Assembly: GCA_030141605.1 (NCBI GenBank)
Contig: JAQGDQ010001726.1
Coordinates: forward strand, 1-27,899
DNA: 27,899 bases
Source: Tubiluchus corallicola
Taxonomy: Eukaryota > Animalia > Priapulida
Reading direction: 5' to 3'
Shown here in pieces: positions 1-10,540 of the stretch. Within the stretch, counting starts at the first letter, position 1; every line of letters starts with the position of its first letter. The notes under the pieces are model-generated. The model saw only the letters and a program-made list of their open reading frames with translations, was not told the origin of the DNA and did no database searches. A program made the position numbers and the translations under genes.

Positions 1-2607
1 CACAGATGATATCAGATTCCACGTACTATCTATTCATTGTAAAAAATCCAGTAACTAAGGATTTAGTGCCTCTGCGTGAACCGCACGCGTAGCATTTAAG
101 TCTACTATTATTATTCTTATGGCATTGTGTGCTTTCCTAAAACTATTGTTACCCAACTGCAGTTTATGCGTAACTCTAAATTCCACTTATTTATGGTCGC
201 ACCGTTTTAGGCCTATAATTTCATTGTTAACTGTTTAAAAATAATAAAACAGTTTCACAAGCTCAACAAATTTTTTAGCAACGTCTGTAGCCCCAAATGG
301 AGTACAAGAAAGTGGCGCCGCCTATGAACAATTAATGATCCTGCGTCAGTTCGGTCAACGACATGTGATTTGTAATTCGTTAAAGCTATAATGATTAAAG
401 CACAAGAAAAGCCTCCGCTTACATGAAGCTTAAAAAATTCGTCTCGAAATTTTATACCACTTACGTACTGCCTTTTTGCGTGCAAGGCTTGCGTCAGCAG
501 CAATGATGTATAAAACTTGTAAATTTAAACCCTTGCGATGACCGTTAAGCGCAGCCATTTTAATGGTAGGTGGCTTGATACAAGTTTAGATAACAAGTTT
601 GAAAAAATAATCGGAGCATTCGTAGCATACATGTTACTAACTAAGTAAATGGTTAAATTATTATATCTTGTCAATAAGATTAAAAATACGTTTTTGGTTA
701 CTGAGTGGCGCACCCTGGAGGGTGAGCCAACAACATTTTATCAATTGGCACGAACATTTTAAATTATTATTTCTAGTTACACAAGTCTTTCCAGCAGGTA
801 AGTGAAATGTTAAGTAATACAGATGTACATGGAAAGTTTTTTGAGACATAATTTAACATTTTTCTTCCCCTGATTTACGTTTGTATAAGTGACGTCATTT
901 AATGGCGTCGTCGGAACAGTATTGCGGGATATTTAAAATGAAACCAAACAAAAATTCTTTTTAACGCGAGCACGATATATGCATAAAATTGATGTAAAGT
1001 AATGCAATTTTTAAGGCGATTTTTTAAAACTTGCTTCAGGTAATGCTTTTCTTGCCAGGATGATTTTTCATATACTACCCCATTTTCAAGTCCGATAAAA
1101 AGTACTCATTTAACACCAATTAATACTGCAAAAGCGCTTCTGATAATTATATAATAGATTAAAAACTTACAAAACGGCGGGCGATTCCAACTATTGATGA
1201 CATTACAAATTAACATAATTTTCAACAGCAAAAATATTCCACGAGAATGTAGCACGATTTGCAAAGTACAGTGCTACTGTAAGATATTCAGTGTGTTGTC
1301 CTAAAACTAAGCAAGTTTTGAGAAAAAATTAAAATTTAAAATTTATAGCTGTGCTCAAGCATGAGCTGTCAAATGTGTTTAGTTCGTCACAAACTAACAC
1401 ATCTGAACTGAGAGGTACAGCACCTGTTTTTTGCGCAGTGTGCTTCCAAAATGCAGGCGTTAGTGCCCGTCTAACTAGCGAATGGCGAAATGCATATAAC
1501 AGCGAAGAACTAGTGGCGCAAAGGCGAAATTTTGTGTTTGTGTGATAATAATTCTTTCACGTAAATCATTTTTGAAAAAATAGTACGTTTCCTTTCAATA
1601 TTTTAAATAGTAAATTATTCTGACCTCCGTTTGAGACTGGGTACGGTTTTGCTTTAATGCATGTACTATATTATTTTATATAATAATATATATATAAGTG
1701 TATAATATTTACTTACAATTCGAATTCAATGCAAAATAAGCAGCAGAGCCGCTTCCACATTCACAGATAATTAAAAGACTATGGAATGGAAAAGCACATA
1801 AATTGGTTTAAATAGCCGGCTGTTTTCTATTTAGTCGACCTTGGTTGTTTTTGATTAGCTATAATCTAAGCCTTTATAAGTTTTATACAGTTTTGTTTGC
1901 CTTATAAAAGAAATCCTTTTAAGCTCCTATGCTGCCAGTCTCAGTTAAAAAGACAATGTCTCGAATCGATTAATTTTAGTGGTTTAAGTGAAATTAGTTA
2001 AAGTTGCATTTTATTTAAAATTTTGTTAAAAGAAAGCTTCGTGATTATGTATACTTTACACGATTCTTCATGTACTACATCAGGTCCCCTAAATTTTCGC
2101 AATCCTGAGTTTGTTTTGCAGGGCATCTATCAACTGTTGAAACGTTAGTAACAGGCGCTTATTTGAAATATCAGAGAAGTCCGTTTTTCTTCTCGCAAGG
2201 CAATGTTTATTCGTGGAATGTAAACGCAAAAGGACCCAGAGGGTCTCTCCTATACTCAGATGTAACACATATCCTCGTACAGCTCCTCGTACATATTACA
2301 ATCTTTACTGTAGACTGTAGATAAATATCCACTTTATGGGCCATTAAGTTTACTGATTCCAATGTATATCCTACAGAGCACAGAAGATACAAAAACGAAC
2401 AAGATTAAAATGACATAAAATAGCGTGCAATCTTTACACCGCCATGAAAAAATTCAACACTGAAAATCCGATATCTCAATTCTTTGCTCTGCTATTTTAA
2501 AGCTGTAACAAATGTGTACGACTTTGTTAAATTTGCTCTGTTCTATCATAGGTTTTGACGAACCGATGTTCTATGTAATAATAATTGATCGTTGCATTCG
2601 TAAACAA

Positions 2608-2617
2608 TTTATTTATT
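2608..2617 (-). terminator. Candidate polyadenylation signal of the channel gene
   Basis: Overlapping AATAAATAAA on the minus strand about 300 nt after the stop codon. The background is AT-rich, so this is only suggestive. Confidence 0.35.
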
Positions 2618-2915
2618 GCACAAAAACTAATAATATGTGCATGAGTAATATCAGTTATTTATAATCTATAAAGGTTAAGCACTACTACGAAATTTTAATG
2701 ACTAACATGGTTGAAATGTAAAAAATATGGAAGTGAATGAAAGATCATACCGTGTAAACTGACATTTGAAACTGCTGTGTTAATTCGTGAGTTATTTGTT
2801 TGAAACAGGGCTGCCTTGTTTCCAAGGACTGATAGTGATATGGTGTTTGTCTGTCTATTGTCTGTTTAATGCACCTTCTACTGTTGTCTACAATGAGCGT
2901 GCCAGTGTGTTACTT

Positions 2916-3707
2916 TTACGCTGCTGTTGTCATTTTTCTACACGTTATTAATATCACATCAATAACAAACTCTATAACTTCATAAATCGTGAGAATTGAT
3001 AAGCCTATGTACAATCCTAGCAGTCCACCAATATCTCCAGCTAAATCCTCTTTCTTGTAAGCTAGCTCTTCCTTAGCTTCTTGTTGGAATGCCTTCTCAA
3101 GTCTCACGTGGAGGCGACTATGAGTGTCTGCTGGAAATAATTCAAGCCTGGGTCCAATTTCAATTTCAGGCAGCCAAGGATCAGCAGCCTGAATAGATTC
3201 GTCTACACCACTACTGCCGTCTGTAGCTGGTGGAGGCCTGTCGTCGTATCTCAAACGCAAATCAATGCTTTCGTATTCTTCTACAAAATCTTCAAACACT
3301 GGATCTGTTACTGTGTTATTTCTTAATGGAGACGTTGTAACAGCCATTTGGTGTTCACGTTCCACGCAAGGTGGTGGGCAGCGACACATATTCTTATCAT
3401 AAGTTCCATCAAGAACAACATCCCTCCAACATTTTCTAACTTGCTTGCGTTCTAGACAAGGAGGTACTTCTGTGGAATTTCCTCGTGTCCCAGCCAACGC
3501 TAGCCTGGAACTGACTGGGACATCTGGCAGGAAGCAAGAACAGTGGAGTATGGCTTTGTACTGAGCACACGTTTTCAGACAAGAATGTACGCTATATCGA
3601 GTGCCATACTTTTCAACATAGACGTCGTGGTAACGTCCTCTCCTGTTGACCTCTTCATCTGTGATGCAATCCTGTTCTGGTCGTTTCATTCGTTCTAAAA
3701 GAGAAAC
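2916..3707 (-). CDS. DEG/ENaC subunit, coding exon 3 of 3 (thumb, TM2, stop)
   Basis: Acceptor CTTCTTTAG|GTT in phase 0. It contains a 10-Cys thumb region ending CRCPPPC and TM2 GDIGGLLGLYIGLSILTIYE with the degenerin site and GxS selectivity filter. Stop TAA at 2916-2918. Confidence 0.93.
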   Translation of the reverse strand, partial: VSLLERMKRPEQDCITDEEVNRRGRYHDVYVEKYGTRYSVHSCLKTCAQYKAILHCSCFLPDVPVSSRLALAGTRGNSTEVPPCLERKQVRKCWRDVVLDGTYDKNMCRCPPPCVEREHQMAVTTSPLRNNTVTDPVFEDFVEEYESIDLRLRYDDRPPPATDGSSGVDESIQAADPWLPEIEIGPRLELFPADTHSRLHVRLEKAFQQEAKEELAYKKEDLAGDIGGLLGLYIGLSILTIYEVIEFVIDVILITCRKMTTAA

Positions 3708-4000
3708 CTAAAGAAGCAGCAATAAGATATCGTAAATGCTTGCATACAATTACTATAATAATGACTGTGCGTGTCTGCTGCACATACGAGTAACTGTATA
3801 TGCTTTAATGCTTCACTGGCCGAGCCAAAATTTTAGCTTTGTTTAAACACAGGAAAGTATTGACAAATTAAAGAAACTGTCATTTTCTTAACGACAGTTT
3901 ATGACATTATTATGGTTGTAGTAGATAATAGACAAACATTTAAATTAACGGACTGGCTGATACTTCGTACTGTATTGAAAGATTATATTAAGCAGTATAC

Positions 4001-4109
4001 CTGCAGTGAGATAATCATATGTGTTTCAGGTGGCATCGCTATAGCTCGTTCCATGTGAAACATTTGAGTCGCGTCATGAATGAAAATCCAAAATCCACGA
4101 TCAGTCGTT
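4001..4109 (-). CDS. DEG/ENaC subunit, coding exon 2 of 3 (109 nt, not in ORF track)
   Basis: Acceptor TTTATTTTTCAG| and donor CAG|GTATAC. It translates (K)TTDRGFWIFIHDATQMFHMERAIAMPPETHMIISLQ, matching the family GxxxxIH...PG beta-strand motif. Phases 2 and 0 join exons 1 and 3 in frame. Confidence 0.9.
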
Positions 4110-4126
4110 CTGAAAAATAAACACGC

Positions 4127-4277
4127 TAGATTAGATTACATTCGATTTGCTTGGATTGGATTAAATTGGATTGTATGCGATGAGATGAGATGAGACGAGA
4201 TGAGAGAGATGGGATGTGATTAGATTATATTAGATTAAGTTAGATTAGGTTAGCTTTGAGTAGATTCTTGATTAGAT
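4127..4277. repeat. Degenerate pentanucleotide microsatellite (TTAGA/TTGGA/TGAGA)n
   Basis: Directly visible 5-bp periodicity next to the exon-2 acceptor, e.g. ATGAGATGAGATGAGACGAG and TTAGATTAAGTTAGATTAGG. Confidence 0.8.
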
Positions 4278-4489
4278 GCAAATATTTAAAAATTTCTTGA
4301 ACATGGTAATAACATGTACGAAGCTCAGGAAGCAAACTTTAAGTAATCCCACTGACTATAGGTATAGAAATTTAAACAAAAAGTAGGTACTTTTATATTA
4401 ACTTTAATTAGTCCAGGAGCTAACAAGCTAACATACAATTATTTTACAACTAGTAGACAAACGATTTGAGAGCTCAAATCTGTTGACAA

Positions 4490-4780
4490 TCTAATGGTCA
4501 CTCTTAAGTTTTTTTAATTTTGCCTAGTAGAGGGTGTGCTCCTAAAAGTATCCCCAATTAAATTTAAATCACATTTTAAGGGTATAAATACAACTTTTTT
4601 ATGAAAATGTTCTTTACTCATTAGCGAATAAAGATCAGTGGTTCTTAATTAATGAATTTGATCACTTTGAGAATGCTTACTGGTAATTCTTAAGTTTTCA
4701 AATTGGTGCATTATGTGCAAGATTCCCCTAAAGTACTCTCAAAATCAATTTAAATTGCGTTTCAGTATATTAAGATACTA
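4490..4780 (-). repeat. Degenerate ~200-bp repeat units, left arm (inverted relative to 5710-6110)
   Basis: Its reverse complement shares blocks with the right arm: CTGATCTTTATTCG, AAAGAACATTTTC, GTGATTTAAATTT, CAAATTCATTA and AATTTGAAAACTTAAG. Confidence 0.7.
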
Positions 4781-4799
4781 AAGAAGGGGGCACGAAAGA

Positions 4800-5290
4800 T
4801 TGCAACAACTGGCTAAGAGTGACACAAGTGAGCTAGCAAGCAAGGCTTTTGAAATGGTATTCATCGACAGAATGAAGAGAGGTGTAGAGATGGTGATGAG
4901 GAAGAAAGAAGTAGGATTCAGAGCAGAGAGGAGCACATGCAATCAGATCTTCATTCTAAGGAACGTAATAGAACAGGCAAATGAATAGAATGCCTCCACA
5001 TACCTGCGTTTTGTGGATTATGAGAAGGTATTTGATTCGATTCATAGAAAGAGTTTGTGGAGATACTTGAGGCATATGGAGTGCCAGTGAAGAAGAAAAA
5101 AATTGATGAAGCACGTGTATGATAGCTTTAAATACCTGGTGACAGACTATGGAAACATATCGGAGTGGTATGCTATAAAGACAGGGGTAAAGCAGGGATG
5201 TCTGATGCTAGGTTTCCTCTTCATTCTGGCAATTGATTACGTGATGAGGAGAGTGATAGACAATAAGAGAACGGGAATTTTATACAATCA
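4800..5290 (+). mobile_element. Decayed non-LTR retrotransposon (RTE-clade-like) reverse transcriptase fragment, antisense in intron 1
   Basis: GFRAERSTCNQIFILRNVIEQANE*, FVDYEKVFDSIHRKSLW and GVKQGCLMLGFLFILAIDYVMRR are non-LTR RT motifs, interrupted by a stop and frameshifts. Confidence 0.85.
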
Positions 5291-5709
5291 CTAGGTTATG
5301 TGGTTGGGTGACTTGAGAATTTTACTGTCACCATAAAGGTATGGGCAACCACACCTTAAGTACGGGGAATAAGCGAGAAGATTGGAAACCCTTGGAATGC
5401 CCTTAGGAGTTTGTTGTCACGAGCAAAGTCTACCTATCGCGAATTGGACTTTTTTCACATCAACGGATTCACAGGTAGCAATATCTAGCTTCAGACATGA
5501 GATTGCTGCCAAAATTCTGTGCAGGGATTCAGACCTAGTTCATAATAATAATTATATACATTTATAAATGATATTTGCACTTATACGTTTAACATTATAA
5601 GTGAAAAAATTTCATTAATCTGCTTTAAGTTCGCTAAAAATAGCCACCGCCTGCCTACTCCTTTGAGTTATTAAATAGGTTTTGCATAAAATCCATTATA
5701 CAGGATCTT

Positions 5710-6110
5710 CTGATCTTTATTCGGTAGGATCGAAAGAACATTTTCGCAACGTTGCGTAGTAGGCAAAAGTGATTTAAATTTGGTTAGATTTGATTAGGTT
5801 ATTTTTTAGTTAGATTTGATTTTGGGGGTACTAATTTTAGAAGCAGACTAATTCATCAATTTGAAAACATAAGAGGGACAATATAAGCGTAATTAGTGGC
5901 CAAATTCATTACTTAAGAACTACAGGATGTTATTCAGTAAGATCTAGAGAACATTGTTCCTTCGAGGTACTGAAAGTGTGATTTGAATTTAGTTTGAAGG
6001 TACTTTAAGTACATTACAAAACACACTAATTTGAAAACTTAAGTGTAATTAATAAGTAATGGCCAGTAGGGTATAAAGAACATTTTTGCAAAGTTTCACT
6101 GATGTACTGA
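5710..6110 (+). repeat. Degenerate ~200-bp tandem units (about 2 copies), right arm
   Basis: AGAACATT...GTGATTT(A/G)AATTT...GGTACT...AATTTGAAAAC recurs from about 5733 and about 5948, and partially from about 6075. It is the inverted counterpart of 4490-4780. Confidence 0.7.
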
Positions 6111-9100
6111 AGATTTTGTCCTAGTAATTATTGTCATGTGCCTTCTTGTCACTTCTCATTATTATTGTAATAAAATGTCATCAAATTTGCGACAAAACGG
6201 ATTCACTTGAAAGTGGTGAGTATTATTCGGAACTATTACCCCTGAGTAAACTGTTGCACTGCTGATCACGGTTGATGTAATAAAAGTCAATTAAATATTA
6301 ATCATGGTTGCGTAAGCAGTATTTAGATACACTACGCTTAAATTTTGGGCTATGGTTTTCCAGTTGGGTTGTGATTTATTTGTCGGTAAATTAAAAAAGT
6401 GAAAAAAGGAAATGGCAGTTTAATAGGCGAGTAGTGAAAGCAAATAGGGTGAGAATTAGTTTTCTTAACAGGCGTGTGTTTAATAGTAGCTAGCGTTGAT
6501 TTGTGACTCGTTTATGTGGCTATTTTATGTAGTTCAGTTTTTATACTTTGCTTGAATTTGAAAATAACGTGCCGACTGTACATTAAATGTAATACATGTA
6601 GTATTAAGAGCAACCGCTATTAGCTACGATTAAGATTCGACATATATAATATATATAAAATAGCACAGCATCATTACTAAGAGTGTAGCACATTAATCTG
6701 ATCCCATAATACCCGATGAAATTTTTTTGGGGGGCCTAGTTTATCGTGTAAGAAAAAACCTGCCAATATCGTGTCACTGAAAATTTATGATAGGTTACAA
6801 CACCCATTATGCTGGCTTTTAGGGCTTAAATTTTCAGTCTGTTTGTGTATTTCTTCTGGAATGCTGGTTACTGTGCGGCAAATGCATTAAAAGCGTTTCC
6901 GTTATTCACATTTTTGCGAGAAATTGTTGAAAACCTCGTTGAATTAATTACCACCGCTGAATTGCGTTATTTGATTTCAGAGCAGTAAAGTGAAATGAAA
7001 ACTTTCATTTTCATGCAAGTGAATATTATTAGATTTTAACAAATTACTGCCTCTGTTACAACTGACTGCAAATCAAATTCATTTAATTTTATTCAAACTT
7101 TTGGCTCCAGTTTTTAAGCGTATTCAAGCCTCCTATTCAAGTCGTTTTAATTAGTGTATTTTCGTCGATGTCTATTTTTCACAATTCTCTGATTAGCTGA
7201 GCAAGAGAGTACACAATATGAAAGTCTACATGCACTCGTTTTTTAACCACTTCGTGTGACTAATTAAGTACGAGCTTTCATCTGCGCGCAGTTAGACCTG
7301 TTTTTAAGGAAGGAGAAGGTCTCGCGAATCACTACTACTCTGTGCAGACCGTGCTCCTCTAAACGTCGAATTCTCATTTAATACAACTGAGAAATACTTC
7401 CATTACGGTTTCAATTTTCGATTCTTACTGAATCACTGAAGCTGAAAATCAGGAAAGCGACACTTTTTCCTAAAACGAGATATATTTGTGTTCCGTTTTT
7501 TAGTTTATAATCTCCATTAAAAGTAATAGTTTTCACAGTTTTCAGCATTTTTCTCTCTGCTGTTTTTTCAGCAGATTTAGCTAAAGGTTATCAGCATGGA
7601 GAATTGATTTACAGCCACAAAGTTTTATATGAGAACATCAAGTTTGTACATAATTGAAACACATCGTCTGTGGGTGTTTCTTTTCTTACAGCCTGCGTTC
7701 GAATCTCAAGACAATCTGTATTGGCGAAAATAGTTGTTATCTGTTTTATTTATTTGTGGCGTTTCAGTGTTGTATGAGTTAAGAGTCGCCTGTAACGTAT
7801 GGCTAATATTGTCTGTTGTCCCAGCGATTATAAATAAGTGTCTCTGCCCTTGTTTGTCCTTTGTCCTTTAGGGTCTCGTAGTTTCGTAGCGTCTCGAAAG
7901 CATTCTATTCCTGCTTCAGGTAAATATCAATTTGTCAAGCACTATTTATTTTCCTGCAAGAACAAGTGACCCGAAGACTCAAGAAATTTCGATTTTAGAA
8001 TGCATATAAAATAAAAGTTCTCAATTCATGTCACTGAAAGCATTCCTGAAATCATCAAAATAACAAAATGTCCATAAATCTTTCAGTGAACGATTCCGTA
8101 AGCTTTGTTTTCGATTCACGACTGGTTTGATTCAAGAATTTATAGTAACCTGCTGATCAAAATACAATTAGAATTGTTGATTTCAGCCATTTGTTGAATT
8201 TTATTTGGTCCTTTGAGGAATAGGCTTGATTGGCGAACTCTTTCAGATTATTTGATTAACTGTTACAGCCTTCGAAAAGCGTTGTTGAAAACCTCAACAA
8301 CTTTTGCGTTGAGCGCTTATTCTTAAGTACTTCGTTAGGAAGTACTGCATAGACACCTATTGATTTTTTATTTTTTTGTTAACAATTACTGCACTCTTTA
8401 TTGACTTGGTACGAAATAAATTATCATAGAGTAAACTTAAAGCAGGACTATTTAAGAAAAATACGAAGCAAATCTATACATAGTTTTAAAATTTGTGCAT
8501 AAATTGTTCGTTAACTAATTTGTTCTACTAAACAGATTCTTAAAAATTCACTTTGAAAAACAAAATTTATTTTTTATCAAATGTCCGTCAAATGTTGATT
8601 GTCTCTTATACTCAGGCTAACAAACCTCGTCTTCGTACCAGAGTCGCCTTGATTTTCATGTAAGCCATGCCAGCCGAAATCTGTCTTAAAAGTTGCGATG
8701 TTTTCTTAAGCAGATTCCATGTAAACAGGCACGCAACGTTGTGCATCTGGCGCTTGTAAAATACTGTGTAGCAAAATTCAACATTTTTATAAGATATGAA
8801 CATGAAGAAAGTTCAACCAGACTTCAGCGAAAATTGGTTTTACATTTGTCAGTTTTGTCAGATTGCGTAAAGTTTCAGTTTTTATATCGTGTAGGTAAAT
8901 GTGCAACTTGTAACGGGCTTCAATTAGGCCTAGTAGTAAATCTAAAGGGTACTGCCGACTGCGTTGTCTGTCTGTTTTGTCGTAATGGTAGATATTTCTC
9001 TCAAAGATGAACCTGCTTGTTTATGTTTATTGGGGCGGATGGCTACAGATATTTCGTAAAGTGAAAGGCGTGCTTTGTGTTTACAAGGTACAAACGACAC

Positions 9101-9139
9101 CTGCTACACGTCATGGTAAACCAAACCGTAATCTGAAAG

Positions 9140-9165
9140 CGTGCTTTATATATATATAAAGCACG
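9140..9165. repeat. Perfect 26-bp palindrome with (AT)5 core
   Basis: CGTGCTTTATATATATATAAAGCACG equals its own reverse complement. Confidence 0.9.
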
Positions 9166-9492
9166 TATATACATACTTACGAAGTGCAACATGCAATTCA
9201 GTTATAATAAAAAAAAACCGGTGTAAAGTGTGTCAGACCTCTGTTCGCATTTAATTATATGATTTTGTAGCAGTCATCATGTAAATTAGCATAATGAAAA
9301 TAGATTTTAATTTAGTAACTTTTCATTTTCCGCTTATTTAATATTGCACTTGCTTACTGCATGCAATGAGATCCGCCAACCAGCTAGTGTTGAAACTTAA
9401 TACAACTATTTGCATACATAATAACAAACTATTGCAAACAAAATGAGGTAATAAGCATACTTGGTCTACAAAATGTGTAGTAAAATGCATAC

Positions 9493-10331
9493 TTTTCAAA
9501 TTCGGGAACAGACATGAAGAAACTCTTGTTGTATAATGAATCTTGAACATTTAAATCAAACACAACGCCACCTACTGCGTCCTCCAACGTAAGTTCGCTG
9601 ACAGTCAAGTTGTCACCTGTTGACGTCCAGTTGGGATTAAAAGTAAAACAATTGCCGTATTTTAATGTCGTTATTGTCGCGAAGTGTTGGCTAGCATCGA
9701 GCTGTTTCTGCTCGAAAAAATTTAGTCCTGGAAGATACACTCGCTCTACAGATTCATTTAACTGATGTCCCAACTGCATCCTCTCCGATTCACTCATGTT
9801 GAAGTACAATGTTGCAATATCCACATCGTCAAGTTCTTTTGACGAATTTCCATACAGTTCGCTGCGCATAGATGCCAATTTGGTATTAATAAACCTGTTT
9901 TTGTTGCACATTGTAATGGCCGGAAGAGAAACTTCTTTATAAATTTTGATCACAGAAACTGTTTCAATTGGCGCGTTCAAATACTTAATAATTTGTAGCG
10001 TGCTCTGATAGGTGAACACCCCCAGAGCTGTCAATACTAGCACAATCCAGATGAACTTTCTTCTCCATGTTTTTGATCGTTTGATGTTGGCAATTCCGTG
10101 CATTGTCGTTGTATCCGCCAGGTGATGAAGGCGGTACCGAATCGAATTTTTCGAGTTCGTTTCATCCATCATTTCACTTTCCACCATCTTATTGGCGTCT
10201 ACCAATGACTGAGCAGCTGCCGAGGAATCCAGTTTCAGATTTTTCTTCGGGAACGCCGGATTTCCGTACTGGTTGCGCAATTCAGTGTGTTCTACGTTTT
10301 CAAATTGGGGTTGGGATCTGGCTTGCCCCAT
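9493..10331 (-). CDS. DEG/ENaC (ASIC/degenerin-like amiloride-sensitive Na+ channel family) subunit, coding exon 1 of 3
   Basis: ORF 9429..10331 has the pre-TM1 HG motif (TTTMHG), TM1 (RRKFIWIVLVLTALGVFTYQ), SLPAITMCNKN (FPAVTxCN-like), GHQL and YGNCFTFN. The ATG is in GCCACCATGG context. The donor AA|GTATGC after 9493 gives phase 2, matching exon 2. Confidence 0.93.
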
Positions 10332-10479
10332 GGTGGCTTTTGAAAAACAAATACGCTCTATAAATATTTGTTTATCTTCCTAGAAGTTTATGGATTCTTG
10401 TTAAATATAACAGTTAACTCTTTGTTAACATGTCGAAAACGAACGCCGATTTGTGCCATCACGCAAAACAGCGACAGGC

Positions 10480-10540
10480 CTGAAGCCGGAAACTCAAAAG
10501 TAGCTGTGCGCATGTTGGGCTTCCTATAGGCCTACAGCTT
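10480..10540 (-). promoter_or_regulatory. Possible proximal promoter of the channel gene
   Basis: Locally CpG-richer patch 150-200 bp upstream of the ATG, with CCGGAA (ETS-like, 10486-10491) and TGCGCATG (NRF1 half-site-like, 10507-10514). Confidence 0.25.

Noticed and set aside
380-1657. Possible TTAA-flanked MITE (TTAAAGC ... GCTTTAA)
   Set aside because: The inverted match does not extend beyond about 8 bp.
255-2392. Short 60-105 aa ORFs here and at 8.6-9.0 kb and 11.7-15.6 kb
   Set aside because: Mostly non-ATG starts and no recognisable domains; expected by chance.
9429-9492. C-terminal tail of the 300-aa ORF (YAFYYTFCRPSMLITSFCLQ) and the alternative donor at 9460
   Set aside because: Read-through into intron 1. 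The 9460 donor gives phase 1, incompatible with exon 2; the 9492 donor fits.
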